NCBI GenBank assembly: GCA_009711705.1
Contig: VENG01000015.1
Span: forward strand, 65,709-129,708
Source of the DNA: Bacillota bacterium
GTDB lineage: Bacteria > Bacillota > Desulfotomaculia > Desulfotomaculales > VENG01
DNA: 64,000 bases
Reading direction: 5' to 3'
Part shown: positions 10,185 to 19,122 of the stretch, in pieces
How the letters are laid out: every line of letters starts with the position of its first letter
How positions within the stretch are numbered: position 1 is the first letter of the stretch
The notes under the pieces: model-generated
Told to the model about the DNA's origin: nothing
The model's input: only the letters and a program-made list of their open reading frames with translations
Databases searched by the model: none
Position numbers and translations under genes: made by a program

Positions 10185-10532
10185 TTAATATCTTCTTCTT
10201 TCCTTAACACGGGCTGCTTTACCTCTGCGTTCACGCAAATAATAAAGCCTGGCCCTGCGTACACGACCACGTCTAGAAACCTCAATTTTGGCAATCCTGG
10301 GTGAGTGCAGGGGAAAAGTGCGCTCCACACCTACTCCATACGAAACCCTTCTAACGGTGAAAGTCTCGCTTATACTGGACCCCTTGCGACGAATAACCAC
10401 ACCTTCAAACACCTGAATGCGTTCCCTGGTGCCTTCCACAACTTTTACATGGATCTTAACTGTATCTCCCGGCTGAAAGTTAGGAATGTCATTCTTAAGC
10501 TGTTCCTTCTCTATTACATCAACTAAATTCAA
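10185..10532 (-). CDS. rplS: 50S ribosomal protein L19
   Basis: 115 aa, typical L19 sequence ([16 protein letters not shown]...). TTG start with a GGGGG RBS. Confidence 0.96.
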   Translation of the reverse strand: MNLVDVIEKEQLKNDIPNFQPGDTVKIHVKVVEGTRERIQVFEGVVIRRKGSSISETFTVRRVSYGVGVERTFPLHSPRIAKIEVSRRGRVRRARLYYLRERRGKAARVKERRRY

Positions 10533-10608
10533 TTTATGTACCCCCTTCTCTGAAGATGTTCATGCCTCAATACTGGAGACAGCGGACCATCTTTTATCAA
10601 CAATCGAA

Positions 10609-10637
10609 ATTATAGCACAATTTTTTTCCAGGTGCAA
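10609..10637 (-). promoter_or_regulatory. Sigma-A-type promoter of rplS (TTGCAC-17 nt-TATAAT with TGn extension), giving a ~70-nt leader
   Basis: The minus strand reads TTGCAC CTGGAAAAAAATTGTGC TATAAT. The -35 is at 10632-10637 and the -10 at 10609-10614. It lies just after the trmD stop. The leader (10533-10602) could be an L19-type autoregulatory leader, but I cannot verify its fold. Confidence 0.7.
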
Positions 10638-10646
10638 CAAGTTATC

Positions 10647-11396
10647 TTAGGTGCAACTGTCCAAGGTTTTCTTAAGTTCTTTAAGGAATGCCTTGTCCCG
10701 TGCTGTTAACAGGTCACCTTCCAACAAATCCGGCCTTCTGATCATAGTCCTAATCAAAGATTCATTACGCCGCCAATCTCGAATGAGCTGATGATGGCCA
10801 CTAGTAAGTACATCCGGCACTTCCATCCCCCTAAATTCACGCGGGCGAGTATAATGAGGATATTCCAAAAGGCCATTATAAAAGGAATCTTCTTCAGCAG
10901 ATGCCCTTTCTCCCAAGACATCGGGAACCAGCCTTGCCACGGCATCAATCACTACCATAGCCGGAAGTTCACCGCCGGTGAGAACAAAGTCACCTATGGA
11001 AACTTCATCCGTTACCAGCTGTTCATGTATGCGCTCATCAAAACCCTCGTAGTGTCCGCAAATAATTACCAGATGATCCTCCCGGGCAATTTCCTTGGCG
11101 AATTCCTGATTAAATGGCCTACCGGTAGGACACATAATCATAACTCGCCCGGCAAAACCGCCTGACTGTCGACCTATGTAATCCATAGCATTAAAAACCG
11201 GCTCAGGACCGATAACCATCCCCGCCCCTCCACCAAACGGCGTATCATCCACGGTACGGTGTTTATTGGTGGAAAAATCTCTGATGTTAACAATATTGAT
11301 ATTGATTAATTCTTTCTCTCTCGCCCTTTTAATAATACTGGCATCAAAAGGACCTTGAAACATTTCCGGAAACAAGGTGAGAATGTCTATTATCAA
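10647..11396 (-). CDS. trmD: tRNA (guanine37-N1)-methyltransferase
   Basis: 249 aa, TrmD-like (MIIDILTLFPEMF...). Conserved rimM-trmD-rplS order. Confidence 0.95.
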   Translation of the reverse strand: MIIDILTLFPEMFQGPFDASIIKRAREKELININIVNIRDFSTNKHRTVDDTPFGGGAGMVIGPEPVFNAMDYIGRQSGGFAGRVMIMCPTGRPFNQEFAKEIAREDHLVIICGHYEGFDERIHEQLVTDEVSIGDFVLTGGELPAMVVIDAVARLVPDVLGERASAEEDSFYNGLLEYPHYTRPREFRGMEVPDVLTSGHHQLIRDWRRNESLIRTMIRRPDLLEGDLLTARDKAFLKELKKTLDSCT

Positions 11397-11409
11397 TGAT
11401 TACACCTCG

Positions 11410-11928
11410 TCAAAGTTCCAACCCCTCGGGTAATTGTACCACTATGTTCCCAGCCTCAGGGTCCATATGGTGCACAACTGTTTTTAAAGCCGGAACTAAA
11501 AGTGGTTTGCGGCGTCCTTCTCCTTCCACCACATAAACATCATTTGCACCGGTTCTTATAACATCTTTTACTTCACCAAGGAGTTCTCCCTCCCTGGTAT
11601 ATACCTTACATCCTAATATCTCGAAAACATAATAGGTTTGTTCGGGAAGATCCATGGCCTGCTCTCGGTAGACTTGCAGCAAAGCACCCTTATACTTTGC
11701 TGCTTCGTTGATGTCTTGAATTTCCCGAAACCGTATAACTATAAACCTTTTATTGCGAAAAGCCTCTTCTATGTGTAAGATTTCCCTCTTGTTTCGGTGC
11801 AACACCAAAACCTCATCCATATCAAAAAAGCGGTCAGGAAAATCCGTGAGAGGCAAAATACGCAGCATCCCTTGTCTACCCTGAGTATTTGCTATTTTAC
11901 CCACCGTTACATATCGGACATCCTGCAT
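11410..11928 (-). CDS. rimM: 16S rRNA processing protein RimM
   Basis: 172 aa. N-terminal VGKIANTQGRQGMLRI (RimM beta-barrel) and a PRC C-terminal region. Synteny. Confidence 0.92.
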   Translation of the reverse strand: MQDVRYVTVGKIANTQGRQGMLRILPLTDFPDRFFDMDEVLVLHRNKREILHIEEAFRNKRFIVIRFREIQDINEAAKYKGALLQVYREQAMDLPEQTYYVFEILGCKVYTREGELLGEVKDVIRTGANDVYVVEGEGRRKPLLVPALKTVVHHMDPEAGNIVVQLPEGLEL

Positions 11929-12013
11929 CCCATGGAAGTCCTCCTTGCCAACCCCTGTATACTAATTAAAGAGGCGTAATACCCTGGTAAATGCCAGCAA
12001 CTTACCCTGGTGT

Positions 12014-12247
12014 CTAGATACTATCAATTTCCACAAATACTTTCTTCCGCTCTTTAATGGCAGCAGCTTTTACCACTGTACGCATTGCCTTAGCAATACG
12101 TCCGTGTTTGCCAATAACCTTACCCATATCTTCTGGCGCAACCCTTAATTGAATGACACTGGATTTCTCTTTCTCTGTCACATTTACCGAAACATGCTCG
12201 GGCTGGTCTACCAGGGCTTTGGCCAAGATTTCAACCAATTCTTCCAT
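12014..12247 (-). CDS. khpA: KH-domain RNA-binding protein (YlqC/KhpA family)
   Basis: 77 aa from the ATG at 12247 (AGGAGG 9 nt upstream). KH core VIGKHGRIAKAMRTV. Conserved position after rpsP. Confidence 0.85.
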   Translation of the reverse strand: MEELVEILAKALVDQPEHVSVNVTEKEKSSVIQLRVAPEDMGKVIGKHGRIAKAMRTVVKAAAIKERKKVFVEIDSI

Positions 12248-12265
12248 AGAGATAGACCTCCTCAA

Positions 12266-12526
12266 TTATTCCCCTGCAGGTTTATTAAGAACGCCTGCCT
12301 TATTAAATAAGTCTCTGACAGTACCGGTAAGCTGTGCCCCTTTACCAATCCAGTCTCTCGCCTTGACCTCGTCAATCTTAATTTCTACCGGCTCTTTAAG
12401 CGGATTATAATAACCAAGTTCCTCAATAAACCTACCATCACGGGGCGAGCGAGAATCAGATACCACTATCCTATAAATGGGATTCTTTTTAGCTCCAATC
12501 CTTTTCAATCTAATTTTAACGGCCAC
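12266..12526 (-). CDS. rpsP: 30S ribosomal protein S16
   Basis: [22 protein letters not shown]... GTG start behind AAGGAGGTG. Confidence 0.96.
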   Translation of the reverse strand: MAVKIRLKRIGAKKNPIYRIVVSDSRSPRDGRFIEELGYYNPLKEPVEIKIDEVKARDWIGKGAQLTGTVRDLFNKAGVLNKPAGE

Positions 12527-12572
12527 CTTGTTGTCACCTCCTTTTTAAAGTATAGGCCATGGCCTTATTTCT

Positions 12573-13943
12573 TTACGGACCGAAAGGTCCTCCTTTTTTG
12601 CCCATCATAAAGGGGTTTTTACCAGCTTTCCCCTTTTTCATAGACTTTTCTGCATCCATAAGTTGCTTCATCATTTTTTTGGTCTGTTCAAACTGTTTTA
12701 GTAGCCTATTCACATCCTGTACCCTGGTGCCGCTGCCTCGAGCAATGCGCTTTTTCCTGCTGCCGCTGATCTCAGAGGGATTTTGCCTTTCGAAGGGAGT
12801 CATAGAATTAATGATTGCTTCTACATAAACCAGTTCCTTCTCGTCTATATTCATGTCTTTTAATTTTTTATTGTTTCCCAGTCCCGGAATCATACCCATT
12901 ATTTGGTCGATAGGTCCTAGTTTTTTGACCTGCTGTAGTTGGTCTACAAAATCATCCAATGTAAACTCCATACTACGAATGCGTTTATTTAACTTGGATA
13001 CTTTTTCCTGATCGAAATTATCCTGAGCCTTTTCTATTAGGGTAAGCATATCCCCCATGCCCAATATACGGTCTGCCATCCGGTTAGGGTGGAATGTCTC
13101 CAGGGCATCCAGCTTTTCCCCAATGCCTACAAATTTGATTGGACGGCCCGTTACGGCTTTTACCGATAAAGCCGCTCCTCCCCGGGCATCCCCGTCCAGT
13201 TTGGTCAAAACCACTCCGTCCAACTCAAGCCGCTCGTTAAATGTATTGGCCACATTGACTGCATCCTGCCCGGTCATGGCGTCAACCACCAGTAAAATTT
13301 CATCCGGCTTTATCTCTGATTTAACGGCAAATAATTCTTCCATTAATTCCTCATCAATATGAAGACGTCCAGCGGTATCAACAATCACTACATCTTGGCC
13401 ATTATTGATTGCACTTTCTTTAGCTGCCCTGGCAATGGCGGGTGGCCGCTGTTTGTCACCCATGGAGAAAACCGGCATGTCAAGTTGACTACCCAACACT
13501 TCCAATTGTTTTATTGCCGCCGGCCTGTATATATCCCCTGCTACCATTAGGGGCTTGCGACCCTGTTTACGCAGTAACCTGGCCAGCTTTGCGGAGGTGG
13601 TGGTTTTACCTGCGCCTTGCAGCCCCACCATCATGATCACGGTTGGAGGTTTGGAAGCCATATTAATTTTACTTTCTTCGCCTCCCATAAGGCCAACCAG
13701 CTCATCGTGTACAATTTTTATCACCTGTTGGGCGGGGGTCAAACTATCCAGAACATCGTGCCCTACCGCCCTTTCCCGGACTCGTTTCATAAAATCTTTT
13801 ACCACTTGAAAGTTAACATCAGCGGACAAAAGAGCCCGGCGAACTTCTTTAAGAGCTAAGTCTACATCCGACTCATTTAGTTTTCCCTTGCTTTTAAGCT
13901 TTTTAAAGGCATCTTGAAGCCTTTCAGCCAGACTGGAAAACAC
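12573..13943 (-). CDS. ffh: Signal recognition particle protein Ffh
   Basis: 456 aa. GTPase motifs GLQGAGKTTT, DTAGR and TKLDGD, plus a Met-rich M domain. GTG start with a GGGGGA RBS. Confidence 0.96.
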   Translation of the reverse strand: MFSSLAERLQDAFKKLKSKGKLNESDVDLALKEVRRALLSADVNFQVVKDFMKRVRERAVGHDVLDSLTPAQQVIKIVHDELVGLMGGEESKINMASKPPTVIMMVGLQGAGKTTTSAKLARLLRKQGRKPLMVAGDIYRPAAIKQLEVLGSQLDMPVFSMGDKQRPPAIARAAKESAINNGQDVVIVDTAGRLHIDEELMEELFAVKSEIKPDEILLVVDAMTGQDAVNVANTFNERLELDGVVLTKLDGDARGGAALSVKAVTGRPIKFVGIGEKLDALETFHPNRMADRILGMGDMLTLIEKAQDNFDQEKVSKLNKRIRSMEFTLDDFVDQLQQVKKLGPIDQIMGMIPGLGNNKKLKDMNIDEKELVYVEAIINSMTPFERQNPSEISGSRKKRIARGSGTRVQDVNRLLKQFEQTKKMMKQLMDAEKSMKKGKAGKNPFMMGKKGGPFGP

Positions 13944-14008
13944 TTAACATCCCCCTAGAAATAACTACCGCAGGGTAACCCCCTTGGTAATACTAATCTA
14001 AAAAAATA

Positions 14009-14368
14009 CTATTCTTCACTGCTAATTTCAAGCATTCTCGCCAACATTTGCCTAGCTTTTACCACTGACTCGGTACTACCTTTAATTTCTGATTCATCCA
14101 GCAATCTGGCAACTTCCGACAGCTTTTTTCTCTGATCCAAGAATCGTTTCACCAGACCGAGCTTATCTTCGTAATCACTTAAAACCTTTTCCGATCTTTT
14201 GAGGCTATCATATACCGCCTGTCTACTGACATCATAGTTCTCAGCTATTTCACCCAGCGATAAATCATGTCCATAGTACAGATCAATAAAACTTTTCTGT
14301 TTTTTGGTTAGTAATTGTCCGTAAAAATCGAATAGTAAAGCCATCCAGGCCACTTTGTCCATATTCAT
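14009..14368 (-). CDS. ylxM: YlxM/p13-like helix-turn-helix protein upstream of ffh
   Basis: Conserved ylxM-ffh pairing. HTH segment LSLGEIAENYDVSRQAVYDSLKR. The track start 14434 lies inside the predicted promoter, so the start is moved to ATG 14368 (14362 is also possible). Confidence 0.82.
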   Translation of the reverse strand: MNMDKVAWMALLFDFYGQLLTKKQKSFIDLYYGHDLSLGEIAENYDVSRQAVYDSLKRSEKVLSDYEDKLGLVKRFLDQRKKLSEVARLLDESEIKGSTESVVKARQMLARMLEISSEE

Positions 14369-14405
14369 CCCTTTTTCACTATAAAGGCAATATACTTTAC
14401 ACCAG

Positions 14406-14434
14406 ATTGTAGCGGAACTTACTCCTGTTGTCAA
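14406..14434 (-). promoter_or_regulatory. Sigma-A-type promoter of ylxM-ffh (TTGACA-17 nt-TACAAT)
   Basis: The minus strand reads TTGACA ACAGGAGTAAGTTCCGC TACAAT. The -35 is at 14429-14434 and the -10 at 14406-14411. Confidence 0.7.
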
Positions 14435-14480
14435 GGCTTTAACTTTAAGTTGACCTGCTAATGCATGTTATTGCATAAAA

Positions 14481-14509
14481 TTGACAGGCGCTGATTGCCG
14501 TGATAAATT
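14481..14509 (+). promoter_or_regulatory. Sigma-A-type promoter of the class III aminotransferase gene (TTGACA-17 nt-TAAATT, TGn-extended)
   Basis: The plus strand reads TTGACA GGCGCTGATTGCCGTGA TAAATT, about 50 nt upstream of the TTG start at 14562. Confidence 0.55.
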
Positions 14510-14561
14510 TATACATAAGCTTGTGCACAATCTTTGCACATCAGTGAGGTGAATAGATTAG

Positions 14562-15977
14562 TTGAACGAAAAAAATACCAACACAAACAGCCTAAACCTT
14601 ATTTCGTTGGAACAGGCGGTATCCCTAAAAAGAAGTGACATACGAAAACTACATAAAGAATATGGCAATTCAGGCCTTACTTCCACAATGAGCCTTTTAG
14701 ACTTCGACAAAAATTTTGTCAAAGCCCAAGGAGCAAGTGTATGGGACAGTGACGGTAATAAATATTTGGACTTTCTGGGCGGATTCGGCTCACTAAATGT
14801 AGGCCACAATCATCCTGCAATTATCGCTGCACTTGAAAAGGCAAATTACTTGCCTAGCATCATACCCGCATCATTGCCTGCGCTGGCGGGCGCTCTGGCA
14901 CAGAATTTAGCCCGGATTACCCCGGGTGAACTGCAAAGGTCTTTTTTTTGTAACAGCGGGGCCGAAGCAGTTGAGGGGGCTTTAAAACTGGCCCGCGCAG
15001 CCACCGGAAAAGCAGATATAGTTTTTTGTGATAACTCCTTTCACGGTAAAACCTTTGGTGCCTTATCGGTCACCGGCAGAGATAAATACCGAAAGCCCTT
15101 TGAGCCCCTGCTACCAGGTTGTCATTCGGTGCCCTTTAATGATGCCGCCGCCCTGGAAAAAGCTTTACATTCATTTTCCCCCGCGGCATTTATAGTTGAG
15201 CCCTTGCAGGGTGAAGGCGGGATTATCCCACCCTCTAAAGATTATTTTAAGCAGGTGCAAAGAATTTGCAAAAAACACGGTACCTTGTTAATTATCGATG
15301 AAGTCCAGACCGGTCTGGGCCGTACCGGCAAAATGTTTGCATGTGAGCACTACAATTTAGAACCTGATATTCTCTGCCTTGCCAAATCTCTTGGCGGAGG
15401 GATAATGCCGATTGGGGCATTTGTCACCAAAGATACTATCTGGAGAAAAGCGTACGGAGGCATGGATAAGGCTACTTTGCATACTTCCACCTTTGGAGGC
15501 AACTCACGGGCAACTGCTGTAGGGTTGGCGACACTGCAAGTAATATATGATCAAAATTTAGTTGAAAAAGCAAAGGAAAACGGAGATTTCTTTCTTGATC
15601 AATTGCAAAGGCTTAAGAATAAATACCCTCTAATAAAAGATGTTAGGGGACAGGGGCTTATGATTGGATTAGAATTTAACCAAGTGGAGGGTTTAGGCAA
15701 TAAATTAAGTATGGGTATGACAAACAAGTTCTCCCAAGAGTATATGGGTAGTCTTGTTGCCGGAGAGTTAATGAATGAGTTCAAAATTATTACAGCTTAT
15801 ACTTTAAACAACCCCAACGTTATTCGTCTTGAGCCACCATTAATTGTTTCCCGTGCAGAATTGGAGACAGTCATTGATGCCTTGGACAATATTCTTGCAC
15901 GGCACAAGGGGTTCTTTAGCGTCGCCGCCTCGGGGGCCAAAACAATTCTAAAGACTTTCAGGCAGAAGAACAATTAA
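14562..15977 (+). CDS. Class III (omega-type) PLP aminotransferase, YgjG/PatA-like N-terminus
   Basis: 471 aa. Motifs GGFGSLNVGHNHP, DEVQTGLGRTGKMFA and TSTFGGN. TTG start with a GAGGTGA RBS. Substrate unknown. Confidence 0.85.
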   Translation: MNEKNTNTNSLNLISLEQAVSLKRSDIRKLHKEYGNSGLTSTMSLLDFDKNFVKAQGASVWDSDGNKYLDFLGGFGSLNVGHNHPAIIAALEKANYLPSIIPASLPALAGALAQNLARITPGELQRSFFCNSGAEAVEGALKLARAATGKADIVFCDNSFHGKTFGALSVTGRDKYRKPFEPLLPGCHSVPFNDAAALEKALHSFSPAAFIVEPLQGEGGIIPPSKDYFKQVQRICKKHGTLLIIDEVQTGLGRTGKMFACEHYNLEPDILCLAKSLGGGIMPIGAFVTKDTIWRKAYGGMDKATLHTSTFGGNSRATAVGLATLQVIYDQNLVEKAKENGDFFLDQLQRLKNKYPLIKDVRGQGLMIGLEFNQVEGLGNKLSMGMTNKFSQEYMGSLVAGELMNEFKIITAYTLNNPNVIRLEPPLIVSRAELETVIDALDNILARHKGFFSVAASGAKTILKTFRQKNN

Positions 15978-16046
15978 ACGTAAGCCTGGCAGCTGCTCGA
16001 TTCAATTCAATCGCTATGCACAAAAGACAGGTTTGTCATTAGTCTC

Positions 16047-16078
16047 AAGCCCACACCAAGGGGTGTGGGCTTGTTTCC
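16047..16078 (+). terminator. Hairpin terminator between the convergent aminotransferase genes
   Basis: AAGCCCACACC-AAGG-GGTGTGGGCTT followed by GTTTCC. The U-tract is short. Confidence 0.6.
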
Positions 16079-16080
16079 GC

Positions 16081-16926
16081 TTAAACAGATATTAAAGCTT
16101 GATAGCCTGCCAGCAGGCGTTCGGTCCATGGTCCGGTGTTACCATCACCGATTTCAATATCGTCCACCTTGGTTACCGGGGCTACTTCATGAATGGTGTT
16201 GGTGCAAAACACTTCTTCCGCTGCCTTTAGTTCCGTGGCGGAAAAAGGTTCCTCCCTAACTTCTAGATCCATTGACTTAGCGATTTGAATAACATACCTC
16301 CTGGTAATACCGGGCAGGATTTTGTTACCGTTAGGATGTGTTTTCAGTATTCCCTGTTTAATTATAAACACATTACTGGACGCAGCCTCGGTTACCGTAC
16401 CGTCTTCCATTACAAAGACTGCTTCTTCCGCCCCCCTTTTAAGTGCCTTATCCTTAGCCAGAATATTTGCCTGGAGGGAAATGCTTTTGACATTGCACAT
16501 CTGCCAGCGCAGGTCGGGGTGTGTTATAACCTTAATTCCTTCACTGTACATAGTTGCAGGGATTTCCGGTACATGTCGTACAGTAACTAACAAGTTAGGC
16601 TTTATCCCGGCATCAAACGTATGATTTCGAGGGGCAGTTCCCCGGCTAAGCTGTATATAAACCATTGCTTCTTTAATACCGGATTCTGACATGAGTTCTT
16701 CGCATATGTTACCTATATTTTTTTCTCCACCGGGTAATTCTATTTCCACAGCAGATGCGCTAACCCTTAACCGCTCCAGATGGTCCCGCAGCGCAAACAT
16801 CTTTCCATTATAAGCACGGATAACTTCATAAATGCCGTCTCCAAAAATGTAGCCCCGGTCATTGACAGAGATATTAGCTTCTGCAAATGACCCCATCCAA
16901 CCATTTAAATATACTAATTCCTTCAT
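16081..16926 (-). CDS. dat: Class IV aminotransferase, D-amino-acid aminotransferase-like
   Basis: RGYIFGDGIYEVIRAYNGKMF is typical of D-alanine/D-amino-acid aminotransferases. The ATG at 16926 has a GAGGGA RBS. The branched-chain (IlvE) alternative is not excluded. Confidence 0.78.
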   Translation of the reverse strand: MKELVYLNGWMGSFAEANISVNDRGYIFGDGIYEVIRAYNGKMFALRDHLERLRVSASAVEIELPGGEKNIGNICEELMSESGIKEAMVYIQLSRGTAPRNHTFDAGIKPNLLVTVRHVPEIPATMYSEGIKVITHPDLRWQMCNVKSISLQANILAKDKALKRGAEEAVFVMEDGTVTEAASSNVFIIKQGILKTHPNGNKILPGITRRYVIQIAKSMDLEVREEPFSATELKAAEEVFCTNTIHEVAPVTKVDDIEIGDGNTGPWTERLLAGYQALISV

Positions 16927-17018
16927 TTTATCCCTCATTCTTATCATTATTAATTCATTAACTATATAATATCTCTTGGATTAGCTAAAAGGCAATACAT
17001 TGAAGGAAATCATACTAG

Positions 17019-17050
17019 AACGGTGCCGGGGGGCCGGCACCGTTTTGTAA
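17019..17050 (-). terminator. GC-rich hairpin after mtaD
   Basis: AACGGTGCCGG-GGGG-CCGGCACCGTT. The T-run is better on the plus strand, but the only upstream gene is mtaD on the minus strand. Confidence 0.5.
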
Positions 17051-17078
17051 CCTCTTATATCTTCGGCACTATTACCAG

Positions 17079-18389
17079 TTAATCTGCCGCCTCTTGCACG
17101 AGCCGATTGGCACATTCTTGTGCTTTGGCACAGACCTCGTTTTCGTCTACTGTCAGCAGGCGGCGGTTTTCCATAAGTACCCGCCCATTAACAACGGTTG
17201 TGTCAATGTCCGCAGATGAGGCGGCGTATGCAACGTGAGCAGCAGGGTTATGGAGTGGATATAGGTGTGGTTTATCCATGTCGATAAGTATTATATCAGC
17301 CTTATAACCAGGCTTTATCATGCCTACTTCATTTTCCATGCCTAACACCTTGGCGCCTTCTCTGGTGGCCATACCCAGGGCAGCAGATGCGGGCAAGGCT
17401 GTGGCATCTTCCGTGGAGACCTTTTGCAGGAATGATGCACTACGCAATTCTTCCAGCATATCCAAGTTATTGTTACTGGACGCGCCATCTGTTCCCAGCC
17501 CAACAACTGCCCCGGCATTAATTAGTTTTTGTACCGGCGCGATACCGCTGGCTAACTTCATATTACTCTCTGGATTATGAGCAATACCAACCTTTTTAGT
17601 GCCTAGTATTTCTATGTCCTCATCATCTAAATGCACACAATGTGCAGCAAGGACAGGTAGTTCAAAGAGCCCTATACTGTCCATAAGCTGAACTGGTGTC
17701 TTCCCGTATTTCTCAGTCATATCACCAAATTCCCCGCGGGTTTCAGCCAGATGAATATGGATTCCTACATTAAGGTCCTTCGCATATTCCATGGCCTGCT
17801 GGATAAACTCAGGCGGGCATGTATACGGGGCATGAGGGCCAAACATACAGTTAATTCTTCCTTCTGCTGTACCGTTATATTTTCTTACAAATTCTTTACT
17901 TTCTTCCAAGGCCCGGGGGCCGTTGGGGGCTATACCTATCATTCCCCGACTTAAAACCGCTCTCAATCCTGTTTTTTCCACAGTCTCGGCAACCCGGTCC
18001 ATGTGCATGTACATATCGGCAAAAGTGGTTGTCCCTGATCTAATCATCTCTACGCAGCTTAGCATAGCTCCCCAATAAATGTCGTCAGATGTCATATTGT
18101 CTTCAAATGGCCAAATCTTTTCCTGCAGCCATTTCATCAGGGGAAGATCGTCGGCATAACTTCGTAGCAGGGTCATCGAAGCATGGGTATGACAATTGAC
18201 AAAGCCGGGCAAAGCTACCATTTTACCACCACCAGTGACTTTGTCCGCTATAAAATCACTAGGTGTTGACCCGGCCGGGCCCATATGAATAATGCGGTCG
18301 CCGTCAACTGCTATCTCGCCGCCGGAAATAACTTCACCAGTTTCATTCATGGTAATGATGTTGCCGGCTTTAATAAGAAGTTTCGCCAT
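17079..18389 (-). CDS. mtaD: 5'-methylthioadenosine/S-adenosylhomocysteine deaminase (amidohydrolase)
   Basis: 436 aa. Metal motif FVNCHTHASMTLLR, later HLAE and a D-containing GTDG motif. Family of Tm0936/DadD-type deaminases. Confidence 0.85.
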   Translation of the reverse strand: MAKLLIKAGNIITMNETGEVISGGEIAVDGDRIIHMGPAGSTPSDFIADKVTGGGKMVALPGFVNCHTHASMTLLRSYADDLPLMKWLQEKIWPFEDNMTSDDIYWGAMLSCVEMIRSGTTTFADMYMHMDRVAETVEKTGLRAVLSRGMIGIAPNGPRALEESKEFVRKYNGTAEGRINCMFGPHAPYTCPPEFIQQAMEYAKDLNVGIHIHLAETRGEFGDMTEKYGKTPVQLMDSIGLFELPVLAAHCVHLDDEDIEILGTKKVGIAHNPESNMKLASGIAPVQKLINAGAVVGLGTDGASSNNNLDMLEELRSASFLQKVSTEDATALPASAALGMATREGAKVLGMENEVGMIKPGYKADIILIDMDKPHLYPLHNPAAHVAYAASSADIDTTVVNGRVLMENRRLLTVDENEVCAKAQECANRLVQEAAD

Positions 18390-18474
18390 TAGTTACCGGT
18401 AAAGACCGGTCCCTCCCTTCACAAAAAAATTACCTATATTATCACACCCGCCCTTTTTCAAGGACGGGTGACTG

Positions 18475-19122
18475 CTATTCCTTAATATTTTGCCCGTAGC
18501 CTTTCGAAAATGCTTGCCGTAAAGAAAAAACATCCTTATCATCCAGACAAAACGGGGTACCCACGGACTGGCTCATAATATACACATGGCAAGCCTTCTC
18601 CGCTATTTGGCAGACAAGAAGGGCTTCCTTGATGTCCTTGCCTACCCCCACCAAGCCGTGATTAGCTAAAAGTACAGCCCCGCCTTCTCCTAGTGTTTGC
18701 GATGCAGCACGGGCCAATTCTTGACTACCGGCCGGAGCATAATCAGTGACCGGAACCTTTCCGCCCACCAGTTGAGCTTGTTCCTCTAATATGACCGGCA
18801 GATTAATACGGGATACAGCCAGTGCACACGCGTAAATACTATGAGTATGCATTATGGCATGCACATCCGGCCTGTTACGATAGATTTCCAGGTGCAGTGG
18901 AGACTCTGTGGACGGGCTTCTAAACCCTAACTTGACTCTCCCAGACATGTCTAATAACACTATATCAGATACATTCAGGGAATCATACGGCATTCCGCTT
19001 GGCGTGACAATCATACCATCTGCAACGCGTATGGAGGCATTTCCCCAGGTGCCGGCCACAAGTCCTCCACTTATCATATCCTTACAGGCCCTGATCAGCT
19101 CCAGGCTAGTCTTTTTATTCAT
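18475..19122 (-). CDS. Class II aldolase/adducin-family protein (MtnB/Ald2/FucA-like)
   Basis: 215 aa. GNASIRV..., ESPLHLEIY and HTHS metal-His motifs. 8-nt overlap with ahcY. Whether it is an aldolase or a dehydratase is not decidable by eye. Confidence 0.8.
   Translation of the reverse strand: MNKKTSLELIRACKDMISGGLVAGTWGNASIRVADGMIVTPSGMPYDSLNVSDIVLLDMSGRVKLGFRSPSTESPLHLEIYRNRPDVHAIMHTHSIYACALAVSRINLPVILEEQAQLVGGKVPVTDYAPAGSQELARAASQTLGEGGAVLLANHGLVGVGKDIKEALLVCQIAEKACHVYIMSQSVGTPFCLDDKDVFSLRQAFSKGYGQNIKE

Noticed and set aside
10649-10661. 13-mer AGGTGCAACTGTC shared between 10649-10661 and 62914-62926, and the 11-mer CCAGGTGCAAC shared between 10628-10638 and 62912-62922.
   Set aside because: Dozens of 13-mer coincidences are expected by chance in a 64-kb window on both strands, and the flanks do not align. 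I could not build a convincing promoter around the second site.
14369-14434. N-terminal extensions given by the ORF track (ylxM 14434, SASP 40153, lepB 10143, acpP 25920, yceD 32156, rpe 63893, nuoJ 3339, the coiled-coil ORF 37420, and others).
   Set aside because: Internal starts have proper RBSs. The extensions overlap promoters (the ylxM -35 box sits at 14429-14434) or the upstream gene's end (rpe versus rsgA, nuoJ versus nuoI). The shorter versions match the usual family N-termini.
14521-14530. Perfect 10-bp palindrome TTGTGCACAA just downstream of the predicted aminotransferase promoter, and the 6+4+6 palindrome AATAGTTGATACTATT at 47863-47878 in the opuA leader.
   Set aside because: Palindromes of this size are expected tens of times by chance in 64 kb, and there is no second matching site elsewhere in the window. 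They are kept only as hints under the BusR-like finding.
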